A stretch of DNA of 64,000 nt from Octopus vulgaris. Taxonomy: Eukaryota. Location: the NCBI GenBank assembly GCA_951406725.2, contig OX597827.1:66278001-66342000 (forward strand), written 5' to 3'. The notes below the pieces were generated by a model, which was not told the origin of the DNA, did no database searches, and worked only from the letters and a program-made list of their open reading frames with translations. The position numbers and the translations under genes were made by a program. This document shows positions 26,904 to 41,470 of the stretch, in pieces. Position 1 is the first letter of the stretch. The number at the start of each line of letters is the position of its first letter.

Positions 26904-27200
26904 CCTACCTGTTTTGATCGATCGCTATGTTACACAATTCTCTAAAGAAATAAAAGATATATTACACAAGTCAAATGTGGAACGAGATAAAGAAGAATTA
27001 ATCATGATAGTGGGGAATATATGAGAAATATAAGAAAGCTGTAGAAAGATCTCAGCAGAATTATGATGCGTTATAGATGATATGAGTAGAATGTTCATAC
27101 CCTGCTTCCTCATAGATATACTGAATGTGATCTCAGAGATTACTATATAGAATTGTTATTGAAGAGATACTGGTTGCGAATATGACGTAAAATGCCAAAA
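26904..27200 (+). pseudogene. Coding-like pseudo-exon, copy 2
   Basis: After acceptor TTTTTCTACAG: LPVLIDRYVTQFSKEIKDILHKSNVERDKEELIMIVGNI/EKYKKAVERSQQNYDAL*; frameshift and stops. Confidence 0.5.
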
Positions 27201-27499
27201 TTTGCCGTGATAATCTGACGAAATAGCTGAGACTGAAACCTACATGTGTAGTAAAGAAAGTACGATGCAATTCTGTTGTCATTGATATGAATAAAACTTT
27301 GCTTCGTGAAACTGAACAGATACAACATAGAAGAGATAATATGTACGCACGTATTAATGTATAAAACTATATATATATATATATGCATTTACATATCCAC
27401 GTAATACTTACATATATACAAACATATATATACACATATATACATACATGCATATATATATGTATATACACATATATCTGTGTATGTATGTAAGTATAA

Positions 27500-27544
<45 letters not shown>

Positions 27545-28696
27545 AACACGAATACAATGACATATATACATACAGCTATACACACATATACGTTTGTGCG
27601 TGTGTGTGTGTGTGTCTGTGTGTGTGTGTATGTGTATGTGTGTGCGTGTTACGGTGATCTTTTATGCGTCGGTGTGTGTGCGTAGAGTTAATTATATCTA
27701 TCGCGATAAAACTCATGTTCTATAGCAAAGTAGGAGATGAGAGTTTCGATATCACCTGATGATTATGATGATTACTTTCACCCGATATATGATAAGCTAT
27801 AAATCTCAGTTAAAGTTTAGTTGTTAGGCAATACCATTTTCATTGTCGAGATATATATCGCTTCCTATTTCTACCGGACTTTTACACTCTCAGTTCGAAT
27901 GCAGCCGATTCAAAATTATCAGTCAAGCTTCCAGGCCCGATAATGATTATCAGTTAAATATTTTAGTCAACCCAAACATTTAATAAACTTATTTCATATT
28001 TCAGGTATTGTGCCGACTAAGCGAATATTATTTTATAATATATTCATTTGTCTTAGAGGAATTTAATAATTATTTTTCTAAAATCTTGAAAGCTTCAGAT
28101 AGACAGCATCGATTATTTGTTTGGGTTTGTAGTTGTGTATTTGTGCAATTAGATGTGTATGTGGATGTGCATGCGAGAATACGCATTCCTGTTGCATATG
28201 TATGTACGTATGTATGTATGTATGTATGTATGCATGTATGTATGTATGTATTTATGCATGTATACAAATTTTAGTGTTCCTCTGTATGTGTGTATATGTG
28301 TGTGTATTTTGCATTGTGCGAATAAATCCTTCTAGCCTGTGAACAAGCATGTCCAATGTCTGACGAATGAAACATTTGGATGAATAAAAGAACATAGGAA
28401 TAAAATAACATACATACACTCACAATATATGTATAGTTATATTTATATATTTCTACGTATGTATATATATATATATATATATATAAATATACATACATAT
28501 ATACACACGCATACATATATACATGTGTGTATATATATGTATATATATATATATAAAGAACTAGTATATCCATATTCATCTATGTGAAGCTATTATCTTT
28601 AGTTTTTCTCTGATACACTAGATATAAACGGGGAACTTGAAGAGGATTAATATATTTGATTCAATGATATACATACATTCATATATACAGTCATAT

Positions 28697-28761
<65 letters not shown>

Positions 28762-28765
<4 letters not shown>

Positions 28766-28956
28766 AGAATTCACATAAAAAAGACAAAAGACGAAGACTG
28801 GTGCTGTAGACAAAAACCGGATGTATTAGTATAACACTCGCGAAGTGAAAAAGCCTTTAACGTTTCAAGCCAACGCACTTTCACAAAAAGGAATACAGAA
28901 AGAAACAAGGAGAGAAAATTAAAAAATGTGTAGTGGCTAGCGATCTATCATGGCGA
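28762..28956 (-). mobile_element. Penelope pLTR-like fragment
   Basis: Minus strand ...GGCTT-GAAACGTT-AAAGG..., similar to the 11385-11590 fragment; abuts (TA)n; CUGANGA core not intact. Confidence 0.35.
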
Positions 28957-28981
28957 ATATATAAATATACACACACACACA

Positions 28982-29057
<76 letters not shown>

Positions 29058-29058
29058 C

Positions 29059-29093
<35 letters not shown>

Positions 29094-29167
29094 CATCTAT
29101 CTATCTATACATATATATAGTTTTGTCGGAGTGGATATATATAGATTGATTGATATATATATATATT

Positions 29168-29198
<31 letters not shown>

Positions 29199-29726
29199 AT
29201 GTATGTATATATATATATGTTTAGAGAGAGAAAGGGAGAGATTGAGCGATGTAGATTTCATAATTGATCGAATGTATCAACGTTACAGCATGTTTCTTGA
29301 GGTGATGAGATAACGATGTGCAAAGGTACACTCCTTACTAATTAATTGAGATCGCGATAATTGTTTCCTACACAGGTACATGGCCTGGCATTTTTGGGAG
29401 TGACCAGTCAGTTACTTCAGTCTTACTGATCAACTGACATATAATTCATTGATCCTGCAAAGATGAAATATAAAGTCGACCTCTCACATAAATACGGACG
29501 AAATAGCACTAAACGATGTGTATGTCGTACTAACGGTTCTGTCAGTTTCCTGGGCTTTTTTCTCACTCTCTCTTTGGAATAAGAAACAGCAAAATGCCTC
29601 TCTAATATTTGAACTAACAATGCAGTAGCAAGAAATATTGTAAGGTATCTAGTTCTACTGTTTAGATAATTTATTCATGGTGACGATATGCTGATGACAA
29701 TGACACGATGGCGTCGATGTCATAAT

Positions 29727-30033
29727 TGTTATCTGTTCCTACTCGAGCCACGCCTGGCTCAGAAGGGCCGGTTTTCGGTTTCTTTGACGTATATAGGTTC
29801 CCCACCTGAACGGGACGCCGGTCCGTCGCAGGTGAGCTGCAAGATGCAGGAGGAACGAGTGAGAGAAAGTTGTGGCGAAAGAGTGAGCAGAAGTTCGCCA
29901 TTAACTTCTGTCGGAGCTGCGTGGAGCTTAGGTGTTTTCGCTCATAAACGAACACATCACCCGGCCTGAGGTTCGTACCCGCGATTCCTCGACCGCGAGT
30001 CCGCTCCTCTAACCTCTAGGTCATGTGCCTACA
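29727..30033 (-). mobile_element. Older SINE with A-like head/core and tail 3
   Basis: GAGTGAGAGAAAGTTGTGGCGAAAGAGT core shared with A; distinct tail related to 60583-60700. Confidence 0.7.
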
Positions 30034-30701
30034 CCGATGTCATAATAATGATATTGTATTGGCGATGATGATGATGATGATGATGATGACGAGGTCGACG
30101 ATGCGAACGATGACAAAAACAACAAGAACGACGGTGATGATGATGATGATGATGGAGATGATGATAATAATGCGAAAATAGTAAGAAGCTGGATCCAGAA
30201 AGAAAAATTGGTAGAAAATAAAATAGCATAAATTCGAAAAAAGATAGCATTTAGAGGGAAAAATAAAATACAAAACAAATCCATTATATCTAAGATTGAG
30301 CCAATATATCGACAGATCATAAGATCCCTACTAACCTTTAGAAATATAGCTATTGCTATAGGTAGGAGGCCAAGCGCAGTTAATATTTCCAAAACTAATG
30401 CTGCGAAAAAAAAACAAAAAAACACCTAAGTATATACTTGAACCTTATTCTGTCAACGAATGAACATTAAAGATAAGATGCAAAACTAAAACGTATGTAA
30501 AATGCTATAGTGGGATGAATAACATCAGAAAATAGGAAATTATTATTGCGTTGATAATATAACGAGGGTAGGACGAAATAGCGTCAGGATATGGCGTGAA
30601 ATCGAAAATTCTATAAAAGGTTTCCCAAGGAATTTTATGTCAGATATAAAACAGATTCGAGGTGTTAATTTAAAACTCAGCCCAAGAGATAATGCTATAA
30701 G

Positions 30702-30743
<42 letters not shown>

Positions 30744-30815
30744 ACGTACGCTCCTACAATATTATATCAGAGATTACAAACGCAAAATCCAAATGTGGAA
30801 GATTATGAGCAAATG

Positions 30816-30862
<47 letters not shown>

Positions 30863-30914
30863 TAGGTGCGTACATTGGACTATCCATCTATCTATATATC
30901 TATCTATCTATCTG

Positions 30915-30960
<46 letters not shown>

Positions 30961-31091
30961 CATCTATGTATCTATCTATCTATTTATCTATCTATTTATC
31001 TATCTATCTAACTGTCTATCTATCTCCCTTTCTCTCTACTTCTCTGTCAATCACTCTCTCCCTCTTTATATATATATTATATGTATAAATA

Positions 31092-31122
<31 letters not shown>

Positions 31123-31491
31123 TTATTTATTTATATTATATAAATAAATATATATGTATGTGTATATATATATATACATATATATATATATACATTATAT
31201 ATAAGTAAATATACTTGTACTGAGTACGTACAAAATTGCGCATAGGTTATGAGCATATATGAATGTGTATGCGCGTGTGTGTGTGTTTCATGTGCACGTG
31301 TATGCACATAAACAAGTGTGTGAGAGAGAGTGTGAAACTGAGTGAGAAAATGTGAGAAATAAGGATGTGTGTGTAGAGAGAGATACACATTTACTGCATA
31401 TATTTAATATCATATAAATATGCTGATATTCAAATGCATTTTGTTACATGTTAATATCTCTGAATTACATTTTGTACATACCTATCTCACT

Positions 31492-31542
<51 letters not shown>

Positions 31543-31698
31543 GTGTGTGTGCGGGTGTGAGTGTGTGTGGGTGTGTGTCTGAATGTGTGTGTGTAGGTTT
31601 GCATATGAGTATGTGTTCTATTACGCATATAAAAGCAAACGCAAGTCTATAATTACGTGTGTAGATATTTTCGGGCACACATATATATATATGTGTAA

Positions 31699-31758
<60 letters not shown>

Positions 31759-31786
31759 CACACAAACACATACATACACACATACA

Positions 31787-31846
<60 letters not shown>

Positions 31847-32869
31847 TACATATATATATATATATTGGAACTTTTATTGATCACTATATTCTTACATTGA
31901 GGTGTACGTTTATGATAAAACAAGCGCAGGTTATATTCCCATATGACCCTAATCCAACAACAGCAACTAACAGCGCCACCAGGATCACCAACACCAACAC
32001 CAACACCAACACCAACACCAACACCAACACTAACCGTATCACTACCACTACTACATAAATTCATGTATATATATGCAAACATATTTATACACATACATAT
32101 AGATATATATTATCCTCCACATATGTAGATATATACAATAATATGCACCTATAACCTCTAAACGCAAGTCGCTTCTGTGTCATTGTATTATTTATCAGGT
32201 AACATATCGGTCCATCTGCTTCAACTGTAATAAGCAACCAATATATAATGTACTGTATATAATAATAAACGCTGAGAAACTGCCTTTCAGTTTTCTGGAT
32301 TTTTGTGCGTTCGTTTCGTTCTTATATGATATCCATTTTCCCAAGTGGTCAGCTCTACGAGATGAAAACACATCCTGTCGATAAGTGGAGATCTTTTCTG
32401 TATTATTAGAAACCTGATAAGCCTTTTTGATAGTTTTCCCATCGTAATCATCGGCATCACAAAATTCTCACCGAACTAGTGGAGTCTGCAAGATCAGTCG
32501 GTTTGCAAAAAAATATGGCCGCCGAAAATATCTCAAAAATATTTCTCTGCCATATTCAAAGAGGAATGTAGTTTAGTTTATGAAGTTTTAGATGTATATG
32601 ATAACAAGTGCAGGCTTTTTCGGGTTTAGTACATGCCACTGTAAATTAAGCAAATGTCATTTGTTCAGCCTTGAGACGATCAAAGCTTAGTAAATAAACT
32701 TGAATGACGAAAATTATATGGGTACTGGTTAAATATCTAAATATATGAGCGGCGGCGCATGCGTGAGCTATAGTAGAAGGCACTAGCCCAAGGTGCCACG
32801 CAGTGGGACTGAACCCGGAACCATGTGGTTGGGAAGCAAGCTACTTACCACACAACCACTCCTACGCCT

Positions 32870-33340
32870 ATGATCCTTATCCTTCGCCAGAACATAAAAG
32901 AACCTCGTTGATTCCATCAATAATTTACCTGGTATAGAGCGAAAACCAATAGCAAAATCAAGCCGTACAATTTTCGAGTCTGTTTTATTTTTTCTTTGTG
33001 ACTCGTGTCCCAGATTGAAAATGCTTATTCCCCGTACAAAAGTTGCAGGGCGTCCGGCCTTTTGGACACTTTCAGTTACATAGCCATTATTTTGTAGATA
33101 TTACAGTTATCTTCATTGCAAGTAAACCAATGTAAATCTTGCCATCAATTCTCAAGATTGATATTGGCCTGAACTGGATAATCAGACCTGCTTCAGCTTC
33201 TTTTACATCTGTAAACTCCTCATGTTCAGTACCAGTCCTCAACCTGTTAAACTTTATGTCACAAGACTTTAAGTAGTACGTAGTGTTTATACCGTAATTG
33301 AGCGAAATATTTGTGTACTTTTTATCGCACATCATCACGT
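32870..33340 (-). pseudogene. Decayed HERO-like LINE reverse transcriptase fragment
   Basis: QFRPISILRIDGKIY, YLQNNGYVTESVQKAG, IVRLDFAIGFRSIP correspond to FRPISLLNV.GKI, NGYIDTSVQKGG, VWLDLANAYGSVP; probably continues to ~32250. Confidence 0.7.
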
Positions 33341-34642
33341 CCTGCTGTACACCTTACTCTTATTTTGGTGGTTCAGGAAAAGAGAAAAATAAATTAATAG
33401 ATATTATCAGAACAAATAGCGGCATCTATTTGTTCTATAAAATCTTTGAATTGTAGAATGACTGAAAAATAAATTAATAGAAATTATCAGATCAAATATG
33501 GCATCTATTTGTTCTACAAAATCATTGAATTGTACAATGACTGAAACAAGCAAAATATATTTTTAAAAAAAGGCGTCCAAGTTCATTAGGTCATTGGATT
33601 TCATTGCATCTCGGCTTTTACTTTCAATGCTTCCTAGGTGGACGCTGTCTTTCACCCTTTCAAGGTCAGTAAAATAAGTAGAATTTGAGCACTGGGGTGG
33701 ATGTAGTCGACTATCCCCCTCCACCAAAATTTCAGGCCTTGTGCCTATAGTAGAAAGGATTATTGGTAAATGTTAAATTTATAGGTCCTTACATCTGCCG
33801 GCGTATTGGAAGACGCGTTACAGTAGTCTATATAATAACCCCTCATCGAATTGTTGGAGTAAGTCGGGTACCTTACGATATTATTGTCTCCCTGCTTTGT
33901 AATTTAAGTACTGCCTCATCTCCCAAAACTGCAATACATCTACCTGGTGGTGCGTCTCGCATATGGCATCGGCAAATTGAAAGAAGAATGGAAACAAATT
34001 CCTCCTTTCTATCGGGAAATCGAACGTCAACACCATCGCGTGATCAGAAGTACAGTTGTAATTAGTTAACAGAATTTTCTAGTTATTGCTGTGTTAGCCA
34101 TAATATCCAGTTACATCATCAATTCTGAAAATCCTGGCCTTGCGGGATGGGCATCAGCTTCATTTTCGAAAGTGTTAATCAGACCTGGTTCTTGTGTAAC
34201 AAAGTACTGGTCTGTTTTCTGCGTCTTTATAGGAAACTACTGCATTAGAATTGTTGTAATCTTTGAAACAGATCTCAAAATTAGAGCCATATTACTTTCT
34301 TCAAGGCATTAATTTTCAGACGACTGAAAAAGAACAAATAGCCATTGATAGATTTCACTTAATTAACTGGAATGAGCAAATAATCCATCATAATTCTAGG
34401 CGGGAACATGGTTAAATTTACGATGTCTCAGTATCGTCTGTTTCTTAGGAAACATACAAAAGCTGTTTAGAGAGAAGCAGTTCGTCAACACATCGTTTAT
34501 GAGTAGGACAACTAAGAAATATTTCATGTGACGAAATGAAATATGTGTGTGTGTGCATGCATTCGTTTGTGCGCGTGTGAGTATGTATACATATATGTGT
34601 GCATGCGTATATACATACATACGTACATATATATATATACAC

Positions 34643-34689
<47 letters not shown>

Positions 34690-34737
34690 TAACATGTACG
34701 AATGCAATATATATATATATATATATATACATATATA

Positions 34738-35327
34738 CGAGCAAAACACCCCCGTCCAATGGCCGGTATTGAATTGTCACACATTTAAACCAAAGTTTCT
34801 CAAAACAACTTGTCCGACCGTCCCATAGGCCTCCCCTTTGAGAAACACTGATTTAACCTAAATTTGAAACACTAGCAAAGGAAGAAATAATGATGGACGT
34901 TTTTCTATTCCAAAGAAAAACGATTTTATCCCCCCCCAAAAAAAAAAATTCCTGAGAAACCAAATAGTCTTTCCTACCATCATGCCAAGTTTGAAGAAAA
35001 TATCTCTTTTCTATGGTAATTTTTGGGTCTCTTAAATATACTACATTTTGTGACATTATTTCAAGCCAGCCGGCTTTTTTGGCGCAAATTGCAAGTGCAT
35101 TTATCTCCCGTGCACGTAGTATTGATCGCAACAGCTGATGTTCTTGCGCGTACAAATGCACGTTCCCAAGGCTTTATTGATCGCATTCTCACCTGGAATC
35201 GATTTTTGTAATGTTTTCAAGACTTATACACACCCTGATATCGTCGGTATCTACGTATCAAATTTGATACGGATGGAGGATACGCGAGATCCTAGAAGAC
35301 ACACAGACAGACAGACAGAACAGATTT

Positions 35328-35340
<13 letters not shown>
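34738..35340 (-). mobile_element. Probable non-autonomous Helitron
   Basis: Minus strand begins TATATTATATAAAATCTG...(GTCT)n and ends with hairpin CCGGCCATTGGACGG followed by CTCG|T (CTAG variant). Confidence 0.5.
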
Positions 35341-35367
<27 letters not shown>

Positions 35368-35550
35368 GTGAGTATTTGACTATTGGTAATGTATACAAAT
35401 TTAAGGTCACCACCCACCAATGTGTGATTCTATGTCTGTAACAAATCCGTATTCTAAGGTTTCCAAGATAGTGATAATGGGGATTTTGATAATAGTGGTG
35501 ATGATGATGATGACGACCGAATCGATGATTTTTATTATTATCATTATTAT

Positions 35551-36076
35551 TGACTGAGAGAGCAGCGTATGCCTTCTAAGTGATACTGGAATACAAATAT
35601 AAGAGGCCTAAAATACACATCATGACTACCCGTCTGATAAGAGTACACCGGTCACATGCATCACAATCATATGTGTGCGACATGGTGATCTCATATCAAG
35701 ATAAACAGCACCTGACCTTTCAGGTGGGTCCCAGGTAGAATTTTCTTCTGGTCGAGTAACCCATCCTGCTCACAAGGTCCCTGAATAAGTGTTTCCAAAG
35801 GTGAATTATCCAAACCTCTAAGAATTTCTATCAGCACACGGCTATGATGCTCCACCACTACTTCTGCTCGTGATCAGAGATGCACATATCGTCAGCCACT
35901 AAGGGACATGCTCAACTGGTTATGGTCAAACAACTTACAAGCAAATCTGTGGTATTGAGCAGAATATTTGCTGTAGCCCATCTTTTATACCAAGACAAAA
36001 CTAAGTACATGATAACACTTCCAATCAGTTAAGATTAGCAGCCATGAGAGCCACTACCTGGTACTACATCAGAGCT
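35551..36076. repeat. Unclassified ~520-bp interspersed repeat in (ATT)n
   Basis: Homologous to 37888-38432 (full) and 37612-37845 (partial). Confidence 0.75.
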
Positions 36077-36093
36077 GTATTATTATAATTATA

Positions 36094-36161
<68 letters not shown>

Positions 36162-37054
36162 CATTATTATTATTACTATTATAATTTTTATTATTATTAT
36201 ACGATGATGATGGAGATGATTATGTCGATGATGATGATGATGATGGCAGTGTCTTTGATTACGATGATGATGACAATGATAATAGTGATGATGACAACGA
36301 TGATGACAGGAATGATGACGACGGAAACAAACAACGACTGCGATGACGTTTCGTTGTAGAAGAAATCATTCTTTTTTATCTACATCCATATTTTTTGAAT
36401 GATGAGAAAAAGACGCCCGTTACATTATCGACGACGACAACGATGACAATGATGACGACGATGATGATGATGATGAGGAGGAGGAGGAGGATGATGATGG
36501 TGAGGATGATGACGATGACAATGACGACGACGATGATGAGGAATTTTTTTTTATTTATTACTGAGGCTGTTTCTACTGCTACCGATGAGGTGGAATTCGA
36601 AGAGGGAACAGCAGAATCAACATAACCATAATGGACGTTTTTCATAAGGCATATCTATTCTTCGGAGAACAATGTGTATAAGTTATTATCTCTTCAGAAA
36701 TCACGAGGAATCGTTAAACTTAAGAAATAATATATATTGTCTCCGAACGAAGGAAATAAATCTTTAGATTTTTCTCCTTCCGTATCGTTATTTTTTAATT
36801 ACGTATTAACATTTTACTACTACTACTACTACAGCTGCTGCTGCTGCTACTACTATAACTATACTACTACTATAACTACTACTACTACTACTATAACTAC
36901 TACTACTACTATAAATACTACTACTACTTCTGCTACTGCTGCTACTGCTGCTGCCTGCTGATGATTCATCATAATCTTCTTCGTCATTGAGGACTTCTTT
37001 TTCTTCTTATAATGCTACTACTAACATCAACGCCACCACCACTACCACCACCAT

Positions 37055-37123
<69 letters not shown>

Positions 37124-37230
37124 CGCTGCTGCCACTGCTGCTGCTACTTCATATTCTTCGTCGTCGTCTTCTTTACCTTCTTATTCTGCTACAACTAACA
37201 ACAACGCCACCCCACCACTACCAACATCAT

Positions 37231-37266
<36 letters not shown>

Positions 37267-37551
37267 TACTACTACATTTTTCTTCTCTTCTTCCTATTTT
37301 TATTATTGTTGTTGTTGTGGTGGTAGTGGTATTGCATGTTTTTATGAAGGCGGCAAGCTGGCACTATCGTTAGCACACCCAACAAACAGCATTTCGTCCG
37401 CTTGCCTATCAACATTTCGAGCTCTATGAAATATCTACCAGGTACGCACTGGGGTCCATATAATCAACTAGACCCTCTCCCTAAAATTCAGGACTTGTAC
37501 ATTTAGCAGAAATGAATATCATCATCATCATCATCATCATCATTATTATAA

Positions 37552-37583
<32 letters not shown>

Positions 37584-37611
37584 ATATTATTATTATTATT
37601 ATTATTATTAT

Positions 37612-38432
37612 TGAGTGAGAGAGCAGTGTATGCCATGAAAGTGACACTGGGGTAAAATATACGAAGCCCAGCATTGATAATGGTTCACTAGGCATATGTA
37701 TCACAACCATATGTACGCGACATGGTAATCTCATATCAAGATAAACAGCGCATAACCTTGCAGGTGGCGGCCCAGTTAGAATTTTCTTGTGGTCGAGTAG
37801 CCCATCCCGCTCAAAAAGTCCCTGAATAACGGTTGTTTAAGGATGTTGTTATTATTATTATTTTCATTATTATTATTCTCATCGTTAATGAGTGAGAGAG
37901 TAGGGCATACCAACAAATTGACACTGGGGTACAAATATACAAAGCCCAATATATGCACCATGACTACCTGTCTGATAAGGGTACACTAGGCGCATGCTTC
38001 ACAGACTTGCACGACATGGTACTCATATATCGAAATAAACAATGCATGAGGTTGCACGTGGGGCCAGTTAGAATTCTTTGCAGATCGAGTAGCCCATCTC
38101 GATCAAAAGGTCCCTGAATAAGGTTTGTTTAAGGATGATGAAAAAAACCACCCATGTTTCCAGATGTCAGTTATTCAAGCCCCAAAGAATTCCGTGGCGA
38201 TGATGAACCCCCCACTACTTTTGATCGTGATCAGGTATGCACAAATCACCAGTCACTAAGAAACATGCTCAGCTGGTTAAGGTCAGGCAGCTGACAAGCA
38301 CATCAGTGATGTTGAGCAGAATAATTGCTGTAGCCCATCTCTTGTGTCGAAGCAAAACAATGTACATGATAACATTTCCAATCAGTCACAGTCAAAAGTC
38401 ATAAGTGCCACTGCCTGGTACTGCATTGGGGC
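37612..38432. repeat. Partial plus full copy of the ~520-bp repeat
   Basis: Both start TGAGTGAGAGAG after (ATT)n and share CCCTGAATAA...; homologous to 35551-36076. Confidence 0.75.
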
Positions 38433-38493
38433 AATTATTATTATACTATTATATTATCATCATCAACGTCATTATCATTATTATTATTATTTA

Positions 38494-38830
38494 AGGGTAA
38501 AGACCCCCTTCGGTCATGAATGACCATGGGATTGCACCTAGAAAGTTACCCTCCTAGACACAAGTCCGGGCAAGGTTGTTTATGGAAGACCAGCAGTCGC
38601 CCATGCATACCAGCCTCCCCTCTCCAGGCCACCAGTGTTATCCAAGGGAAACACAAAGGTCGATACAGCTTGGTACCAGTGACGTCGCAACTCATTTATA
38701 CAGCTGAGTGAACTGGAGCAACGTGAAATAAAGTGCTTTGCTCAAGAACACAACACGTAGCCCGGTCCGGGATTCGAGCTCACAACCTCACGATCGTAAG
38801 CTCGACGCTCTAACCACTGAGCCATGCGCC

Positions 38831-38832
<2 letters not shown>
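38494..38832 (-). mobile_element. SINE with the 56.2-kb type head and another tail
   Basis: CAGCTGAGTGAACTGGAGCAACGTGAAATAAAGTG shared with 56276-56400; unrelated tail; in (ATT)n. Confidence 0.7.
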
Positions 38833-38887
<55 letters not shown>

Positions 38888-39002
38888 TATATTATTATTA
38901 TTATTATAAGTATTAATCTTTTACTCTTTTACTTGTTTCAGGCATTTGAATGCAGCTATGTTGGAGCACCGCCTCTAGTCGAGCAAATCGCTCCCAGGAC
39001 TT

Positions 39003-39270
39003 AAGTTAAGCAGTTGTGGTGGATGAAAAAGATAGCAGTAGTACCAATAATTGTCGGAGCTTTGGGAACAGTGTGAAGAAAAAAAACTTGAGAAGTACGT
39101 GGGACAAATTGGTGCTGCATTAAGGGTGGAGCACTTGCAGAAAACAGCACTGCTTGGAACAGCTCGAATATTCCGGATGGTGCTCGAAAAATAAGAGGTG
39201 TTACGTTAGTTCATTGGTAGTGAACAGCTGAAACTACACAAACATCACCAGCGTTAGAAGCTGTGCAATG
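39003..39270 (+). mobile_element. R4/Dong 3' end (subfamily 2)
   Basis: VKQLW...VVPIIVGALGTV...LQKTALLGTARI, then 3' UTR and (AAT)n. Confidence 0.75.
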
Positions 39271-39272
39271 CC

Positions 39273-39311
<39 letters not shown>

Positions 39312-39312
<1 letters not shown>

Positions 39313-39667
39313 TTAATACCGGCAGATGACAACGTGTCTCTAAAAGAAATGGAGAAACTTTCAAAATACAAAGACCTGGAAATAGAGGTAACCAGAATGT
39401 GGAATCTAAAAACAGAAACAATTCCTATCATAGTAGGTGCATTAGGCATGATAAAAAAAAATTCAGACAAATACATAACAAAAACACCAGGACTTACAAA
39501 CACATATAACATACAGAAAATTGCACTACTAGGCACTGCACACATCCTACGCAGAACACTTTCCATACAATAATGATCAGAGCATCACAACGAATCACAG
39601 CACATACCCAAGGCACACAGAGCTGCGCTCGGTAGTGAAGAGAAAGCACGCTATAAAAATAAAACTA

Positions 39668-39670
<3 letters not shown>
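39312..39670 (+). mobile_element. R4/Dong 3' end with open frame (subfamily 3), in (AAT)n
   Basis: IPADDNVSLKEMEKLSKYKDLEIEVTRMW...IPIIVGALG...IQKIALLGTAHILRR; (AAT)n on both sides. Confidence 0.85.
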
Positions 39671-39746
<76 letters not shown>

Positions 39747-40029
39747 GTAATAATAATAATAGTTATTATCATTATTATCATCGGTGTTTTTGATGCTTTT
39801 GATTGTTTAGCGCAGTTGTTCTTTCTCCTTTAATGACAGATTGTAAAATGCAATTCGATACGTAGAAAAAGGAATGTGTGAGGAAGAAGAAATGAATGAA
39901 TGAAATTCGTGAAGTGCAAAATGAAAAACTGAAAGAAGATATGAATCGATGTAAAGGAAAATGGAAAACATCTTTCTTCATGGACTTCGATTTCTCTATC
40001 ATCATCGTCATCCTCATCATCTTCATTAT

Positions 40030-40044
40030 GATTATTATTACTAC

Positions 40045-40094
<50 letters not shown>

Positions 40095-40123
40095 CTCTTT
40101 TTCTTTTCTGCTTCTTCTTCTTC

Positions 40124-40155
<32 letters not shown>

Positions 40156-40211
40156 CTTCTTCTTGTTATTATTATTGTTGTTGTTGTTGTTGTTATTATT
40201 ATCATTATCAC

Positions 40212-40255
<44 letters not shown>

Positions 40256-40393
40256 CTCTTTTTCTTTTCTTCTTCTTCTTCTTCTTCTACTTCTTCTTCT
40301 TGTTATTATTATTGTTGTTGTTGTTGTTATTATTATTATCATTATCACTATTATTATTATTGTTGTTGTTGTTGTTGTTAGTAGTAGTAGTAT

Positions 40394-40437
<44 letters not shown>

Positions 40438-40440
40438 GTG
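40030..40440. repeat. Duplicated compound microsatellite block
   Basis: (ATT)n-CCTCTTTTTCTTTT-(CTT)n-(GTT)n-ATCATTATCACT occurs twice, then (AGT)n. Confidence 0.85.
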
Positions 40441-41223
40441 GTAAGATTATTCTTCTGTTCACGCAGATTAATTTCAGACTCTATTAACCATGCTATTGTT
40501 CGTCGCGTGGGAGTTAACGAATATGTGTTATGCCGTTCGAGCGATTCTTTTGTATGACATTCTCTCCTTTGTATCATTTCATCAATTCTTAATATTTGTC
40601 CTGCGCTTTTGTTTTGTTCCTTAATAACAATGTATGTCGACCTCTATTAACCGGCAAAAGAGCCACGAAAACACGTTGTTGTTACTTCATATTTGCTATT
40701 AAATTCTTTTAATAAATATTCGTCGTCGCTCTTAATAATTTGTTGACCCATATTCAAAGGCTCCGAGCTTGTTTAACCTTCTACAGACACCTCGCCAAGT
40801 TCTCTTGTTCTATAAGACTGTAGCACTTGAATTTCTCTTTATTTTCTTCCATGGAATTCCGAGCAGAAGCTAAAGAATGTAAACAACAACAAAAAAATGA
40901 AAATTATGAATGAAAACTTCACCTGGATGGTTTTCTTGCTTACATTTCGGTTTTTTGTTTATTGATGGGTCTTCTTTGTTTTCGAATCTTCTTTATTTAG
41001 GTGCGCAGGTCTTATTTTTTGAGAGCTTCGTAATCATTTCTGATACACATGTCACCATCATGGATGGAATAATGACAGCTGATATCAATACCACGGTCGG
41101 TGTCTTCGTGGTTTTCGTTTTCGCTATCATTCTCTTTACCAATCACCATTTCTTTTTTTCATATCACGAATAAAACCACCACGGCGGACACCCTCGAGTA
41201 GCCATACTACAACGACAAAAGCA

Positions 41224-41301
<78 letters not shown>

Positions 41302-41419
41302 GCCGCTGCTGATACCACTACTACTGCAGCTAGGGCTGTTACTGCTACTACTGCTACAGCGACGTCTTCGATCACCATCACCGCCACCACCATCACAAAA
41401 CCACCACCACTAACAACTA

Positions 41420-41470
<51 letters not shown>

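Noticed and set aside
28352-28380. CTGACGA-AT-GAAA hammerhead-like string
   Set aside because: No room for stem II and no proper stem III or cleavage triplet.
31943-32128. PT-repeat linker-like ORF
   Set aside because: (ACACCA)n hexanucleotide microsatellite.
36000-36076. Twister/hatchet/HDV-like fold at the end of the 520-bp repeat
   Set aside because: Pairings are not conserved between the two copies and I could not thread a consensus.
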